Shown piece by piece: positions 36,476 to 49,600 of a DNA stretch of 64,000 nucleotides. Below the pieces are notes generated by a model, which did no database searches, was not told the DNA's origin, and saw only the letters and a list, made by a program, of their open reading frames with translations. The stretch covers positions 1 through 64,000 of the forward strand of contig NIVC01000792.1 in assembly GCA_002269645.1 (NCBI GenBank), read 5' to 3'. The stretch comes from Macrostomum lignano (Eukaryota). The stretch's first letter is position 1. Each line of letters opens with the position of its first letter. Made by a program: the position numbers and the translations under genes.

Positions 36476-39400
36476 ATGCCTATTCAGGACGCCATGACTG
36501 AGGACACAGCCGGACTCCTGGGGGTGCCGCAGGCCTCAGTCGCGCGAACCCAGCAGAGACGTTTTCGAACGCGCAGCGGCTTCAAAGGCGACGCGGCAAC
36601 CGGTGCCGCTTCTGCTGCGCTACCATGGCAGCAGAACAGCGGCGACACGGGCCTTGGCAGCAGCGTAGAGATTTCTCCGTCAGCTTCGCCGATTCGTGGT
36701 GCCTCCGAGGAGGAGCCGCCATCGCAGCAGCAGCAGCAGCCACCGCCATCTCCTAGTGGTCGACCTTCAACACTCCAACTGCGTTCGTCGGGTGTTGAAT
36801 CCGCCGGTGCTGTGTCGGCGGCCGAGGATCCAGACGACGGCACATCGGCCTGGTCACGCTGGTCTCGCCAACGACGCGCCTCTCTGCAGCAGCGGCGGCA
36901 GCTCCGGATAAAAGAGGAGCCCCGAGTTGAAGCATCCGCGGCAGCAGAGGCAGCAGTGGCAGCTGCAGCGGCTGTCGCTCAGGCCGAGGCCGAGGAAGAA
37001 GCGCGTCTGACAACGCCGATATTGAAAGCGCGCCAAGAATGCGCGGCCCTGATGGCTCCGGAGAAACAGCGACTGCACCTGCGACAACAGCAGCAGCAGC
37101 GACGGAGTCGAGCAGCTGGTGGAGGCGAATTAATTGGCATCGGAGGCCGACGGTCGAAGGTGAGCTACGCTGGCAGCTTCGCGCAGGAGTTGAGCAACAC
37201 GCAGTGGAACCGGCTGCGAGCCTACTGGGAGCATCCGACTTTTGTGCGCAGTCGCTTGGTTGCTGCGGCAATGGCGACACTGGCAGCTCCCTGCCTGTTG
37301 ATCTGCTTGTCCACCGCCTCCTGGTCCTACCACTCGCTGGGTAAGTTGCTTAAAAGGCCTTCGGACTACGCGTTTGGGGGTCTCTCTTGGTTTTGGGGTG
37401 TTTCAGTCCAGTTGTTAAAGCGTCGGACTCACGACGTGAAGATTCCCCCTGGAATAATTTGTTTCCTTGAGCAAGACACTTAAGCATTGCTTCAGTTCAC
37501 CCAGCTGCAAAATGGGTGCCTTGCAGCAATAGTTGGGGTAATTGAGGGTGTGTGGCGACCCCCCAGTCCTTGGACTGAACAGCCGTACGCAGTCTTCAGA
37601 TGCGCCCGCTGACATCTGGTTGCACATCTGGTTCAATTGGGGCAGGTGTAATCAATTAATTATTATATGGGTCTCACAGCCTGAACTTTCAAAGGAGGAA
37701 AAATTCGGTAAATTTTAAGCGCTAGAGATATTTAGAGTTTTGGGAACACTTGAAATTTAATTATAATTTCAGATTTTTAGGTCTGTTTAACCGCCTGCAT
37801 GCTGAACCGTGCTGTTTGGTAGGAATCACCTTCATTGGTACTCTCGTAGCCATTGGCTTTTAGCGGTAACTTTGCGAAGTTGCAAGAGGGCTTCTACAGG
37901 TGGCTAAGCAAAAAAATTGTCCAACAAAAGTACAAGGTTAAGTTAATTGAAAGCAACGAACATGAACTGTATTGTATTTTAAGCAGCGATCCAGCTTCAG
38001 AAGAAGAAGACATTGTAAAGCAGAAAATTGATGCACGATTTAACCTGTTTAAATGCATGGCCTAAATGCACGAAAGAATGTCCGATTGCATTAGGCGAAT
38101 CAAGAGCCCTCCCAGTGCCTTACCGTCTCAATTTTCTCCCTGTCGAGCATTTTCGAGTTGAGGAATTGAGGAAGGGAGGAAAATTGAGCAGGAGAACCCC
38201 CCCCCGTAGCTGGCCGGCTCCTCAGTCATCTCGCGGGACTCAGAGAATTAGCAAGATCTTCATCGTGGACTCCCGGAAATTTGAAGTGGACGAAGAGGGC
38301 ACGAAATCGGATGATGCTGGATTAGTTTGATGCAGCTCGGATCGAATAAGAGCCGGTGAGGCCCCCTAAGTGACCAGAAAATTGTCACGAGAAGTCACAG
38401 CCACTGCTAATGATGGGGGGTTAATGATAGCAATTGCTTCGTCAGGTTTTGGTACCGGGTTCGGGGTTTGAAAAAATGTTCGGGTCGGGGTTCGGAGTTC
38501 GAACCCGTCCTGAATTGCCGTCCTAAACACCCCTAGATCAAACAGATAGACTAAGGGTCTACTATGGTGAAAAATAGTCCAAAGGGTTCTATGAGTCTGT
38601 CTCCAAATTTATTGCAACAAAAGGGGATTAACCTTCAAGCATGACGTGACGCGAAAGTCAGGAATCGAATGTTGTTTAAGCGAGTATAAATTCTTGCGAT
38701 ATATTTGCAGTAGTACAACAGTCTAAGTTGCTTGACGAAACACAGGTCGAGTGCAATAAGTTAAATATTGTGAATATTGAACTTCACTGGTGCATTGTAT
38801 GGCTGAGTAAGTGGAGAGACTTAAGGGGCGAGGCAAGGCTAGCGCAATGATGTACACTGAATTGCACAGAGTACGCATTGGTTTACAGAGTACATAGAAG
38901 TTTGGAATTGAATAAAGTTAAGTGACTAAGTTAGCAGAATAAAGTCTAATTGAATAAAGCTAAGCAATAAACCGAACACAGGTACCCATGCTAACAAACC
39001 AACGAACCGTCACATCAAAGCATAAGTACGAGCGTAATGCTGTCAAAGAGGGTGCATTGTAGTATTGATAATAATGGCAACCTCGCAAACCGGTGATTTA
39101 AGCACTATTTAAAACAGTAACGGTACAACTATGCACCTCTAATTTTTTAGCACTTACTTAAGGCAAGCGCGTGCAGGTTGCAGGTTAAAATCGTTTAATT
39201 TCACTTCTAAATACTCAGAATTAGCTTAGACCCAGTACCTTTGACTTTATAAGCATAGCTATCCCTATTCAATCACCTGGGTTCTAGTCAATCACCTGGG
39301 TTCTAGTCAATCACCTGGGTTCTAGTCAATCACCTGGGTTCTAGTCAATCACCTGCATGGTTCTAGTCAATCACCTGGGTTCTAGTCAATCACCTGGGTT

Positions 39401-42400
39401 CTAGTCAATCACCTGGGTTCTAGTCAATCACCTGGGTTCTAGTCAATCACCTGGGTTCTAGTCAATCACCTGGGTTCTACTCAATCAGCTGGTTCTAGTC
39501 AATCACCTGGGTTCTACTCAATCACCTGGGTTCTACTCAATCACCTGGGTTCTACTCAATCACCTGGTTCTACTCAATCACCTGGGTTCTACTTAATCAC
39601 CTGGGTTCTACTCAATCACCTGGGTTCTACTCAATCACCTGGGTTCTACTCAATCAGCTGGGTTTAGCCCAACCAAATGCGAGCTGTTTCACACTGACAA
39701 TATTTTCTCCACTAGCTAGCCAAACTAGGCAAAAGTACACATTTATCCGGGATCATCTTTCTCGCAACTAAGCTACGGCTTTGCATATTCTCCGCGTGGC
39801 GTACCAAACGTGCTACTTTATTATCGGTAGTAGTAGTATAGCTAGAGATGTTTTATAATAATTTGAAAGCTCCATTTTATTCCGGTGTAACCGTATGTCT
39901 AACAAAACACAACCCCCCCCCCAATGACACACGCGCAGATAATAGCACTCTGGCTCGCTCCGGCCTGTGGCAGACCTGCTATCAGCTCAATGACACCTGT
40001 GTTGGCAATTTCGGCTCAACAGACTCTCACACCGATGGAAGGGGTGAGAGCTCTGCTGGTTTTTAATGACATTGGAGGGCCTCATTTATCATGAACATGC
40101 GTTTATTTTGAGGAGCAGAAGAGGGAGGCGATATTGGGGATCGAAGTTGATGCGAGTGAGACAGGGAAGAAAAAGGGATAAATGATTATAAAACCCCCTG
40201 TTCTAAATGCTGCTGGCGCTCATAAAGTCAGTGCTCATGCACTCCTTCGCAACTAAAAATTTAATGCAAATTAGATGCAGCTTTCTGCCCGTGGTCCATG
40301 AGTTTTTAGAAGTATTAAGTTATTTAACTGATAGTTTTACCAACTGAACTAACTACCAAATTCACGTGGTTTGCAATGCTTCATCAAGAGACAGACAGAT
40401 ATTGAGATGGAAGCTGCAAAGAGACAGACCACACCAGCATCCCAGCAGCATCAAATTAATTCGACAAATGCATGGAGCCAGGTGGGCAGGCAGTCCAGAA
40501 GGGACTCTAGCAATGCCAGCCCCCTCCTCCTTGCGGTACAACGAGAAAAACGCTCACGCAGAAAAAAGACAAGCGGGCAAAGAAAGAGAGACAGGAATTG
40601 CCACAGCTGCGAACAACTGTGCTCACACCCCAGCTTTTCTATGCTTCCCTCTTTAACTGGCATTGCCGTAGCTACTCAAAAAAACTGAGGCCATAAGCCT
40701 AACAGAGGAAGATGGGAGAAGAGGAGAAGGGGAGACGAGGAAACTAGAGCATGGCTGCGGAAGCTGGGAGCCGCATCTCCTCGCCCCCATCCCTCGATTG
40801 GCTGCTCTCAGTCCAAATTCACTTGCCATTCCTGTTCTACTTGCCCCTCTCCTTCCCTCTCTCTCTGCCGTTCTTTTGGTTACTTGCATTTAATTCTGCC
40901 CCTGCCTTCTCTCTGTAAAGAGTTGCTCAGCTTTGATCAGCGAGACTGTCAGCTTGAGTTGGTCCATTCTTCACTAGATGCTTTACGATTGAGTTGTTGA
41001 GTGACAGAGTGACAGATTGTCGGAACTGGCGGTTCAGCAGAGTGCCAGACAGTGAAAGTGTACCAACAGCGGCAGAGCGGCCTCGCGATGCAGCTAAAGA
41101 CGCTGAAGAGTTTCGTCAGCTTCCGCGTCCCCGACAGCGTCGGAATCTACGAACAGCGCCGGCCACACAGCGAAGCCGCCGGCGCCCAAGAGCGGCGCCG
41201 TTTGGCTTGGCGCTGCCTTGGCGCCTTGCTTGGAGGCGCCTCTCTCGCCCTGTTGGGAGCTGCAGTGGCACCGGGGGCGCACTGGCATTGGCGCGAGAGT
41301 AGCAGAGGTTGGGTCAGCTTGTGGGACGTGTGCCCGAACTCTCCGAGCTCGTATGTGGCGACTCTGCAACCAGGAAATCACAGCGTCCCACCGAGAGCTG
41401 GCTGCAGCGGCTTCGGGAAACTGCGGCTGCAAGGTAGTTCGTTAGATGTTAGATTAAACCATAGAGCCCTTCCACACCTTAGAGTCCACTCTGCATTATC
41501 TACTCAGCCTGACACTCGTGAGTCCTACTCTGCATTCTCTACTCAGTCTGACACTCGTGAGTCCTACTCTGCATTCTCTACTCAGCCTGACACTCGTGAG
41601 TCCTACTTTGCATTCTCTACTCAGCCAGGGACTACTCAAACACCGGGACGGGAAACTGGGATTTTTTTACGAGGCTGGTCTATCATCAGCAGTAGAAAAT
41701 AACCATAGACAACAAAGTAACACAGCATCTCTCTAATGAAAATAATTGCCAGCCAGCCTCGTAAAAGAATTTTAGTTTCCCGTCCCGGCGTTTGAGTAGT
41801 CCCTGTACTCAGCCTGACACTCGTGAGTCCTACTTTGCATTCTCTACTCAGCCTGACACTCGTGAGTCCTACTCTGCATTATCTACTCAGCCTGACACTC
41901 GTGAGTCCTACTTTGCATTCTCTACTCAGTCTGACACTCGTGAGTCCTACTTTGCATTCTCTACTCAGCCTGACACTCGTGAGTCCTACTTTGCATTCTC
42001 TACTCAGCCTGACACTCGTGAGTCCTACTTTGCATTCTCTACTCAGCCTGACACTCGTGAGTCCTACTTTGCATTCTCTACTCAGCCTGACACTCGTGAG
42101 TCCTACTCTGCATTATCTACTCAGCCTGACACTCGTGAGTCCTACTTTGCATTCTCTACTCAGTCTGACACTCGTGAGTCCTACTTTGCATTCTCTACTC
42201 AGCCTGACACTCGTGAGTCCTACTTTGCATTCTCTACTCAGCCTGACACTCGTGAGTCCTACTTTGCATTCTCTACTCAGCCTGACACTCGTGAGTCCTA
42301 CTCTGCATTCTCTACTCAGCCTGACACTCGTGAGTCCTACTCTGCATTCTCTACTCAGCCTGACACTCGTGAGTCCTACTCTGCATTCTCTACTCAGCCT

Positions 42401-44150
42401 GACACTCGTGAGTCCTACTTTGCATTCTCTACTCAGTCTGACACTCGTGAGTCCTACTTTGCATTCTCTACTCAGCCTGACACTCGTGAGTCCTACTCTG
42501 CATTCTCTACTCAGCCTGACACTCGTGAGTCCTACTCTGCATTATCTACTCAGCCTGACACTCGTGAGTCCTAATTTGCATTCTCTACTCAGCCTGACAC
42601 TCGTGAGTCCTACTCTGCATTATCTACTCAGCCTGACACTCGTGAGTCCTACTTTGCATTCTCTACTCAGTCTGACACTCGTGAGTCCTACTCTGCATTC
42701 TCTACTCACCATCTTCCTGTGAGTGAAATTCATAGTTATTTTTATTCCAATCTCTTCCAGCACTCTCCACATCAGACTCACCCTTTCCTCATCCGCTCAG
42801 ATCTATTTCCAAACGATTTATGACAACAAAACGATGTGAATTACAAAGTACCGTTAATCTATCTGCTTCTAAATGCACAAAAAGTACATGCTTTGCAGTT
42901 AAATCAGCCTGGACTGCAACTAAGCATATTCTTTGCCATCTATTTGGTCTTTCTCCCATCCCCCTGGGGATCCTGCTGCACAGTCCTAATTTCCTCTGTG
43001 AGCACAAACACACGCACCAGGTCTCCGCCAGCCTTTCCTGTGAGCCGTGGCGCGCTGCCCCTCACGCAGAGCAGAGCCAGTTTCCCGTCTGCTGTCACGG
43101 CAGAAAAGAAGGGCGCTGAATTAATCATGTTGGACAAACCTGCGCACCGTTGCTGCAGCTCTCCGGCTCTTGGCACCTGTCCGATATGCGATACGCGACG
43201 TTGCACTTTAAGCAAGGCTCATGAACTCTTTCTGCTGCGGAAAAACATTAACGCTCGGTCGTATTTATCACTCGACAAAACCTCACAATTTCTCCAGACT
43301 GGCAGAAGGCGTCCATCGGTCTGTTGCTGTTTGCCATTCTGTTCGCCGGGCTGGGCACCGGCCTCGCCTCAGTGGGCCTCTGTATCAGCTATCTGCCAAA
43401 GAAGATGTACTACTTCCACTCTGCTGGCGAGATCTTCTTTGTAGCCGGTAAGGAAAGAGCTCAGTTATAATTTATGAGCGGCTATAGTTAAGTAGCCTTG
43501 GCCGGGTGTTTTGTGTCTTTCAGACGAAATGGTAGCTAGATTGAAATCGTGCATCATGCTTGTCATTCGTCAATACTGAATAACCCATCTGGGGCAACTG
43601 CTAAGGACTGAGAATATTAATCTTAGTTTTATGCCTATTTAGCGCCTGCCTGTGTGCTTTTAATCCATTGAATACATCTTGAACCAGTAGACCCGCAGCC
43701 CAGACCAAGGCAAACGCTAGGCCAATTATAAGAAATGCTAGAATTTGAAGCTTCTGACATTGATCTTTTATTGTTATAATCAATAATAAAAATATTTATT
43801 TCCATGAATAATTGTCAACATGTACTAAAAGTACATTTGTATTTGGTACGTCGTACTTGACAATAGAAGCCCAAATCTCTCTCTGCCTCGCGCTCGCTTT
43901 GGTTGCAGCCCTGTCGGCCACAGTGGCCTTGGGCATCTACCCGTACGCCGTGCAGAAGCTGCTGTTTCAATCGCACCGCTACGGCTACGGCTACGCGTTG
44001 GGTTGGATAGCCGCGGCGCTGCTGCTGGCCTCGGCTCTCTGCATGATGCTGGACGATCTGGTGCGCGAAACCAGCCGGCCTTGGGCTCTGCTGTGCTGCA
44101 ACAGGTCCGGCTCTCGGAGGCAGCATGCCGACACCGGTCAGGCTGTGTGA
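36476..44150 (+). CDS. claudin/PMP22/TMEM47-like tetraspan protein, isoform A (~453 aa); exons 36476-37340, 39939-40043, 43298-43447, 43909-44150
   Basis: TM1 plus W..GLWQTC..C loop-1 signature; TM2/TM3 exon DWQKASIG..KKMYYFHSAGEIFF; TM4 exon YGYGYALGW. All joins GT-AG, phase 1; CDS 1362 nt. Start codon uncertain (36476 or 36494). Confidence 0.85.
37395..37635 (+). mobile_element. tRNA-derived CORE-like SINE fragment
   Basis: CCTTGAGCAAGACACTTAA..CCCAGCTGCAAAATGGG resembles the CORE domain; related copy at 61795-61965. Confidence 0.5.
39268..39665. repeat. intronic minisatellite, 19 bp unit (TCAATCACCTGGGTTCTAG)
   Basis: Direct tandem repeat, ~20 copies. Confidence 0.95.
41088..41433 (+). 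CDS. alternative first coding exon (isoform B, ~245 aa) of the claudin-like gene
   Basis: ATG 41088; hydrophobic TM1 (CLGALLGGASLALLGAAV), W..SLWDVC..C loop-1 motif; phase-1 donor CAAG|GTAGTT joins in frame to 43298 (LRLQ-DWQKAS). Confidence 0.75.
41490..42708. repeat. intronic minisatellite, 39 bp unit (CTACTCAGCCTGACACTCGTGAGTCCTACTTTGCATTCT)
   Basis: Direct tandem repeat interrupted once by a MITE; explains the 13-aa periodic ORFs. Confidence 0.97.
41626..41805. mobile_element. hAT MITE (180 bp) inserted in the 39-bp satellite
   Basis: TIR CAGGGACTACTCAAAC(A/G)CCGGGACGGGAAACT; perfect 8-bp TSD TACTCAGC (41618-41625, 41806-41813). Confidence 0.93.
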
Positions 44151-44297
44151 GCTCCGTCTTGCTTGGTACGGACTGGCCAAGTACAAGTGCATCAAACTGT
44201 ACTCTACACTGCTCCACTGCTCGATAGGACGATGGGATAACCTTAAGTGTTGATTCCCGATCCTAAATCCTAACAGTGCTAACCGTGCTTTAAGGAT

Positions 44298-44710
44298 GGG
44301 AATGATTCACTCCTTCGACCATGTACCCCAACATCGATCAGGGAATGATTCACTCCTTCGACCATGTACCCCAACATCGATCTGGGAATGATTCACTCCT
44401 TCGACCATGTACCCCAACATCGATCAGGGAATGATTCACTCCTTCGACCATGTACCCCAACATCGATCAGGGAATGATTCACTCCTTCGACCATGTACCC
44501 CAACATCGATCAGGGAATGATTCACTCTTTCGAAAATGTACCCCAACATCAATCAGGGAATGATTCACTCCTTCGACCATGTACCCCAACATCGATCTGG
44601 GAATGATTCAATCCTTCGACCATGTACCCCAACATCGATCTGGGAATGATTCACTCCTTCGACCATGTACTCCAACATCGATCTGGGAATGATTCACTCC
44701 TTCGACCATG
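44298..44710. repeat. minisatellite, 43 bp unit (GGGAATGATTCACTCCTTCGACCATGTACCCCAACATCGATCA)
   Basis: ~9.5 direct copies just 3' of the claudin-like stop codon. Confidence 0.95.
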
Positions 44711-46674
44711 TAGGCCAACAAGAAATCTCGAGAATCGTTAAACCAGTCAGGCACCCACAATGCGTCAATGCTATAATAATGTTACAAAACGCGAGTGTTG
44801 TCTGTTCCAGTAAACAGACATCTGTTAGCAGTATACCTTCTTCTCTTATACGAGCTAAGCGTAATGCATGAACACATTTGAAGGTACATGTAGGAGAAAT
44901 GAGTACAATTTATTTTCACCTGTGCTAATAAAATATCTATTTTTGAATTCTACGATATTAAATAGCCCAGCAAGTGTATACTGTTAGGCTAATAATATTT
45001 AAACACTGTGTACTTGCAATGCTGACTCTATAGTATAAACTTTGCTTTCTACTATTTTATTATACTTTATTCGTCAAGATTTCTGCTTCTGTAAATATGC
45101 TGCCTCATTCTGCAGCACTACTAACAGTAGAACTCTATTCTCTTGAGGGCATCTCAGGCGTACTCTACTCAAGAATGCATAATCAATGACAGGAACTAGC
45201 CGACCTAAGTTGGCAATATTGATGCCATTGTCACCAGCAGCGTTGAGACAGAGTCATCAGCTGGCCAAACTCATCGGGGATTTTCTCGCTAATCCCCCAG
45301 CCCCGCTTTTTTAAAATGCATCCCATTTCGGCCCTGTGGAAGAGCAGGAGCAATCTTCAGGGCCGCTCTCCTCCCGCCGCCCCCCCCCCCCAGGGACGAC
45401 ATCAAGAGAAGAGGAAATGGAAAGGAAAGTGAGCTGGGGGATTTTAGTGAAGAGAGGGGCAGAGAGAATCATTGGGAAAATTGCATGTTATTTTTCGCTT
45501 TACGTGATCTGACCTCGAGCCAGGAAATTGTTTATAGGGAGGCCTGGAAAAAGAGAGGTTGAGAGAGACGCGGTGAAGACAGGCCCGGTATCGACCGTGA
45601 TGCGTATCTGGGATCGGCAATTCTGCTGAGCATGGCGGCTCATTCAAAGGAGAATTATAGGACCAATTTTTTAAGCTAGCATTGCCATTGACTCTCCTAT
45701 GCATGCATTAGTCGTTTGATAGATAGAGAGAGCATGAAGCAGAGCATGAAGCACCATCTTTTTACACCAGTAGTCAAGCAAGCGTTTCTTTAAACTTGAA
45801 TTTCAACTAAAAGGATTTCAACATAGTTATTTAAAACTAGCAATTTTTTATTTTATTTTACAAATTTCGGCGATAAAAAGCTATTTACCCTACTGCTGCT
45901 GACAGTTTCAGTAGTTTGACTGCGCCTAATCCAAAGAAAATGCAAATTTGACGGCTAATCGTAAGTTCTTGTTGTCAAGCCTCCTAATGTAATAAACATT
46001 AACTCAATAGGTTTTATGCATCATTATGTATTTTATTTTTCAAAAACTTTTAAACCTCTCCAGTAGCAGGCTAGATATACGGCTTCAGCTGTTGCCCTAT
46101 CGAACATGCATCATGCTCGACTAAAAAATGCAGCTTAATATGCATACTTGATCGAAGTACTTCCGCCCGCCATGGTACTGCAACTTCTCTCTTAGCCTCC
46201 TCCTCCCTACCCCTCTCTCAGCCAGTCCAGTCAGAGCGGATCATAAAAGCTCAGCATTCCAATTATGTCTAACCTCAGCGCTGCCGCCAATTGCTGGGAG
46301 CAAATTCGCACTGAACCCTGCGCTGATGCAGCACACAGGGATTCTGGTCGGCTGTGCGGGGATTTTCTGCCCAGTTTTTGTTCTGCGCAAACTAATAACG
46401 ATCTGCAGCACTTTTATGAACATATCTAGTCCTACAAAATATTGTCTATCATAGTGTGAATGCAGCCTTGGGTTGAGATTGGAATAAATCCGAGACCGAA
46501 GTGCCTGCTCAAAAAGCCAGAGCTGATTATTGGTATTTTCTAATGCGCTTCACTGCTGAGAGAAATAATTATCGAATCACATGAGCTGTTACTGCTAAAC
46601 AATAAGCGTGAAAATCAATCAAGTGCTCAACACTGTCTCAACAAAACAGGCTCAGCCAGCAACAAAACTGCCAC

Positions 46675-49600
46675 TCAGTGTTCACTGGTGTGCCCGGTCG
46701 GGTGCACTACAGTGAACGCAGGCATCGCCACAATGGCCACAGCGAAGAACATCAGACAGGTGAGCAGCAGAAAGACCCAGAAGAAGATCCAGTCCAGAGC
46801 GAAGGCGGCAGAGTGCCACTCCTCCAAGAAGTTGTCCTCGTCAGTCTGGGGCTTCTCTTTTTGGACGTCTGGCGACTGATGCGGACGGCCCGGTGGAAGC
46901 GGCAGCGACTTGCAGCTGCCGTTGGCGCCCGCTGTTGCAGCGGCTGTCGCATTGGCGGCCACGGCGGCGCGCAGAGTCTCCTTAAAGTAGGCGGCCGGGT
47001 CGCTGCAGCCGCCGCCCCCGAGGCCGATGCTGCGATCGTCTTCATCGGAGTCGAAGGAGCCGCCTCCGCCTCCGCCTAGGCGACCACCTACCGAGCCCCC
47101 GCAGAGAATGTGCTGCTGCTGGTGAACTCGCTGGTGGCGTCTCGCCGCTGCGGCAGCCGCGGTAGCCGCTGGCCGACGCTGCCAGCGACGATAGAATCTG
47201 GCCAGCCGCAGGATGTACGCGGGGGGCGGCGTGTGCGGCTGGGCGAAGAACACGAACGTGACGGTCACGGCCATGACTACGGCTAGCGCCACCATGACCA
47301 TGGTCACGCTGAACAGCAGGCCTGGAGCGGAGGGGTTATTGTTGGTTATTGATTCAAAATCATTTTGCTATTTGTTATATCTAGCAACATTCCTCTCTAG
47401 ACCATACACAAAACAAAACAGACAAAATGTCAAGCAACAAAAATTAACACTCAGAAAAGGCATATACTTAAGAACGGAATTTTGTTAAGCCGTTTTGGCA
47501 TAATGCCAACAAAACCGTTGGGCCGTTACCAATTTTACTATTCAGAAATTGCGGCTTGCTCAGGGTCCTCGGCCTTGATCAGAGTCTCCGTCTAAAGCGA
47601 TAGACGCAGCCAGAAACCAGTGCTTGAGTTCGATGCCCAGTTCATGCCAGGTGCCAAGTGAGGTTGGCCTAGGCAAGATAGTCGAACGCTACAACATTGA
47701 TTAACTCTAAAATAGTACCAAGCAAGGGCAGAGCAGTTCGGCGGTTGATGCGTCTGAATATCGCGCCAGAGTGCCTGGGTTCTATTCCGTGTCCGGCCAG
47801 AATTATTTGGGGGCTAGTGCACAAAAATGGCCTGGGCTTTTGGAATTCTAACTCTGACTCAAGGCACAGAGTGTGTGCCTACCTGACTCTGACTCAAGGC
47901 ACAGAGTGTGTGCCTGCCTGACTCTGACTCAAGGCTCAGAGTGTGTGCCTACCTGACTCTGACTCAAGGCTCAGAGTGTGTGCCTACCTGACTCTGACTC
48001 AAGGCTCAGAGTGTGTGCCTACCTGACTCTGACTCAAGGCTCAGAGTGTGTGCCTACCTAACTCTGACTCAAGGCACAGAGTGTGCCTACCTGACTCTGA
48101 CTCAAGGCTCAGAGTGTGTGCCTACCTGACTCTGACTCAAGGCACAGAGTGTGTGCCTACCTGACTCTGACTCAAGGCACAGAGTGTGCCTACCTGACTC
48201 TGAGAACAGTACGAGCTCACACGTCTCCATGTGCTTAGGGATCAACCAAATGAGAAGCCAGCTGCAGAGATCTAATTCAAGCTCAGCAAAGTATGCTCAC
48301 CAACAACGGGCACAGCGTCGGGCGTAGGCGGCATGTTCTCGCTGACCATGAGCAGGAACACCACCAGAGCCAGCAGCACGGTGATCTCCAAGTTGACCTT
48401 CTCGCCGGACTCAATGGGCAGGAAGAAGCAGAGAAAGGAAACGCAGTAGATGAGCAGGCAGGGGCAGATCAGGTTAATCACGTAGAACAGATAGCGCCGG
48501 TACATGTGGATGGTGAAGTGGAGCACTGGGAAAGGCTCCGGGCAGCAGGGATACATCTGGTTCTCCCGCCAGGGAACAATAACAGTGACCATCCATTCCT
48601 GGTTGCGCGGCTCGTAGTAAACTTTCTGATCCTTAGCTCCGGTGTGGTTCAAGTTCAGTCTATACCCATCATAGGTCCACGACATGAATGTGACGTTGCA
48701 GTCCTGCGTGTCGAACGGAAAATAGCGCACATCCAAGGTGCAGTACATTTTCACCACAATAGGAAAAGTCCACATCACTTTGCCTGTCCACTCCACGATG
48801 GCGTTGGTGTTGATGTAGTCGGAGTATTCGTCGTTAGCGCTGGAATAAACAACGCGAAAATGCGAGCGTAAGTATAATTGCTCGAACCAGTTTAGAGCCG
48901 GGTCGGGCTGTCAAAACCTAATGGCCTATAAAGACAAGTATCTCAGTTATGAGTGTCATAAGGGATTTATGACAGCTTTTATGATCGCTCGACATTGCTC
49001 AATTTTCCCAATTGCCTACAATAACAGAGTTTTTCGGTGCGTACAGGAGCACATTGATCAAAGTGATTGACAGCTAAACACAGAAAGCCATTACTCACTA
49101 ATTAGTGATGATGAGGTCCGGTCGCCAGATACTCCTCGCTGGAATCCAGATTTTATCAATCTTGTATTCGCTCCGGTTCCAACGGATGTACTCGTCTCTC
49201 CAGTGCTGCCAACAGTTCAATGATGACTGAATCCTTTGCACTCACCAGCTTGTACAAGCTTAATTGATTTTTACTCAGAAACGAGCTCAACTCACCACTC
49301 GCAGTGACATCAGCGCTGATACTGTTTGATGTCGCTCGCTCTGAAAGGGTTTCATAAATTAAAGCAAACAATAGGCAGGGAACGTAGGGTCTTCATAAAC
49401 CAGTCTGGTTCTGTGTCCGATTCGTCTTTGTTTAATTTTCACTTACGCCTCGATAAATAAAACTGATAGCTGCTCTATCCATTATCTATCCGTCAATAAG
49501 CTGAGTGTCTTCGATCGAAACTCTATGAAATGTATGAAAAGGTCGTCTTTCAGGAAGCATACTTGGATGTTACTATTGTTGCTGAAGTGGATTGAAGACG

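Noticed and set aside
38645-39014. Possible third solo LTR (CGTGAC..GTCACA)
   Set aside because: Left end is not TG, no matching TSD, no visible homology to the other LTRs.
41792-42722. 13-aa repeat ORFs
   Set aside because: 39-bp satellite; also the read-through part of ORF 41052 past the donor at 41434.
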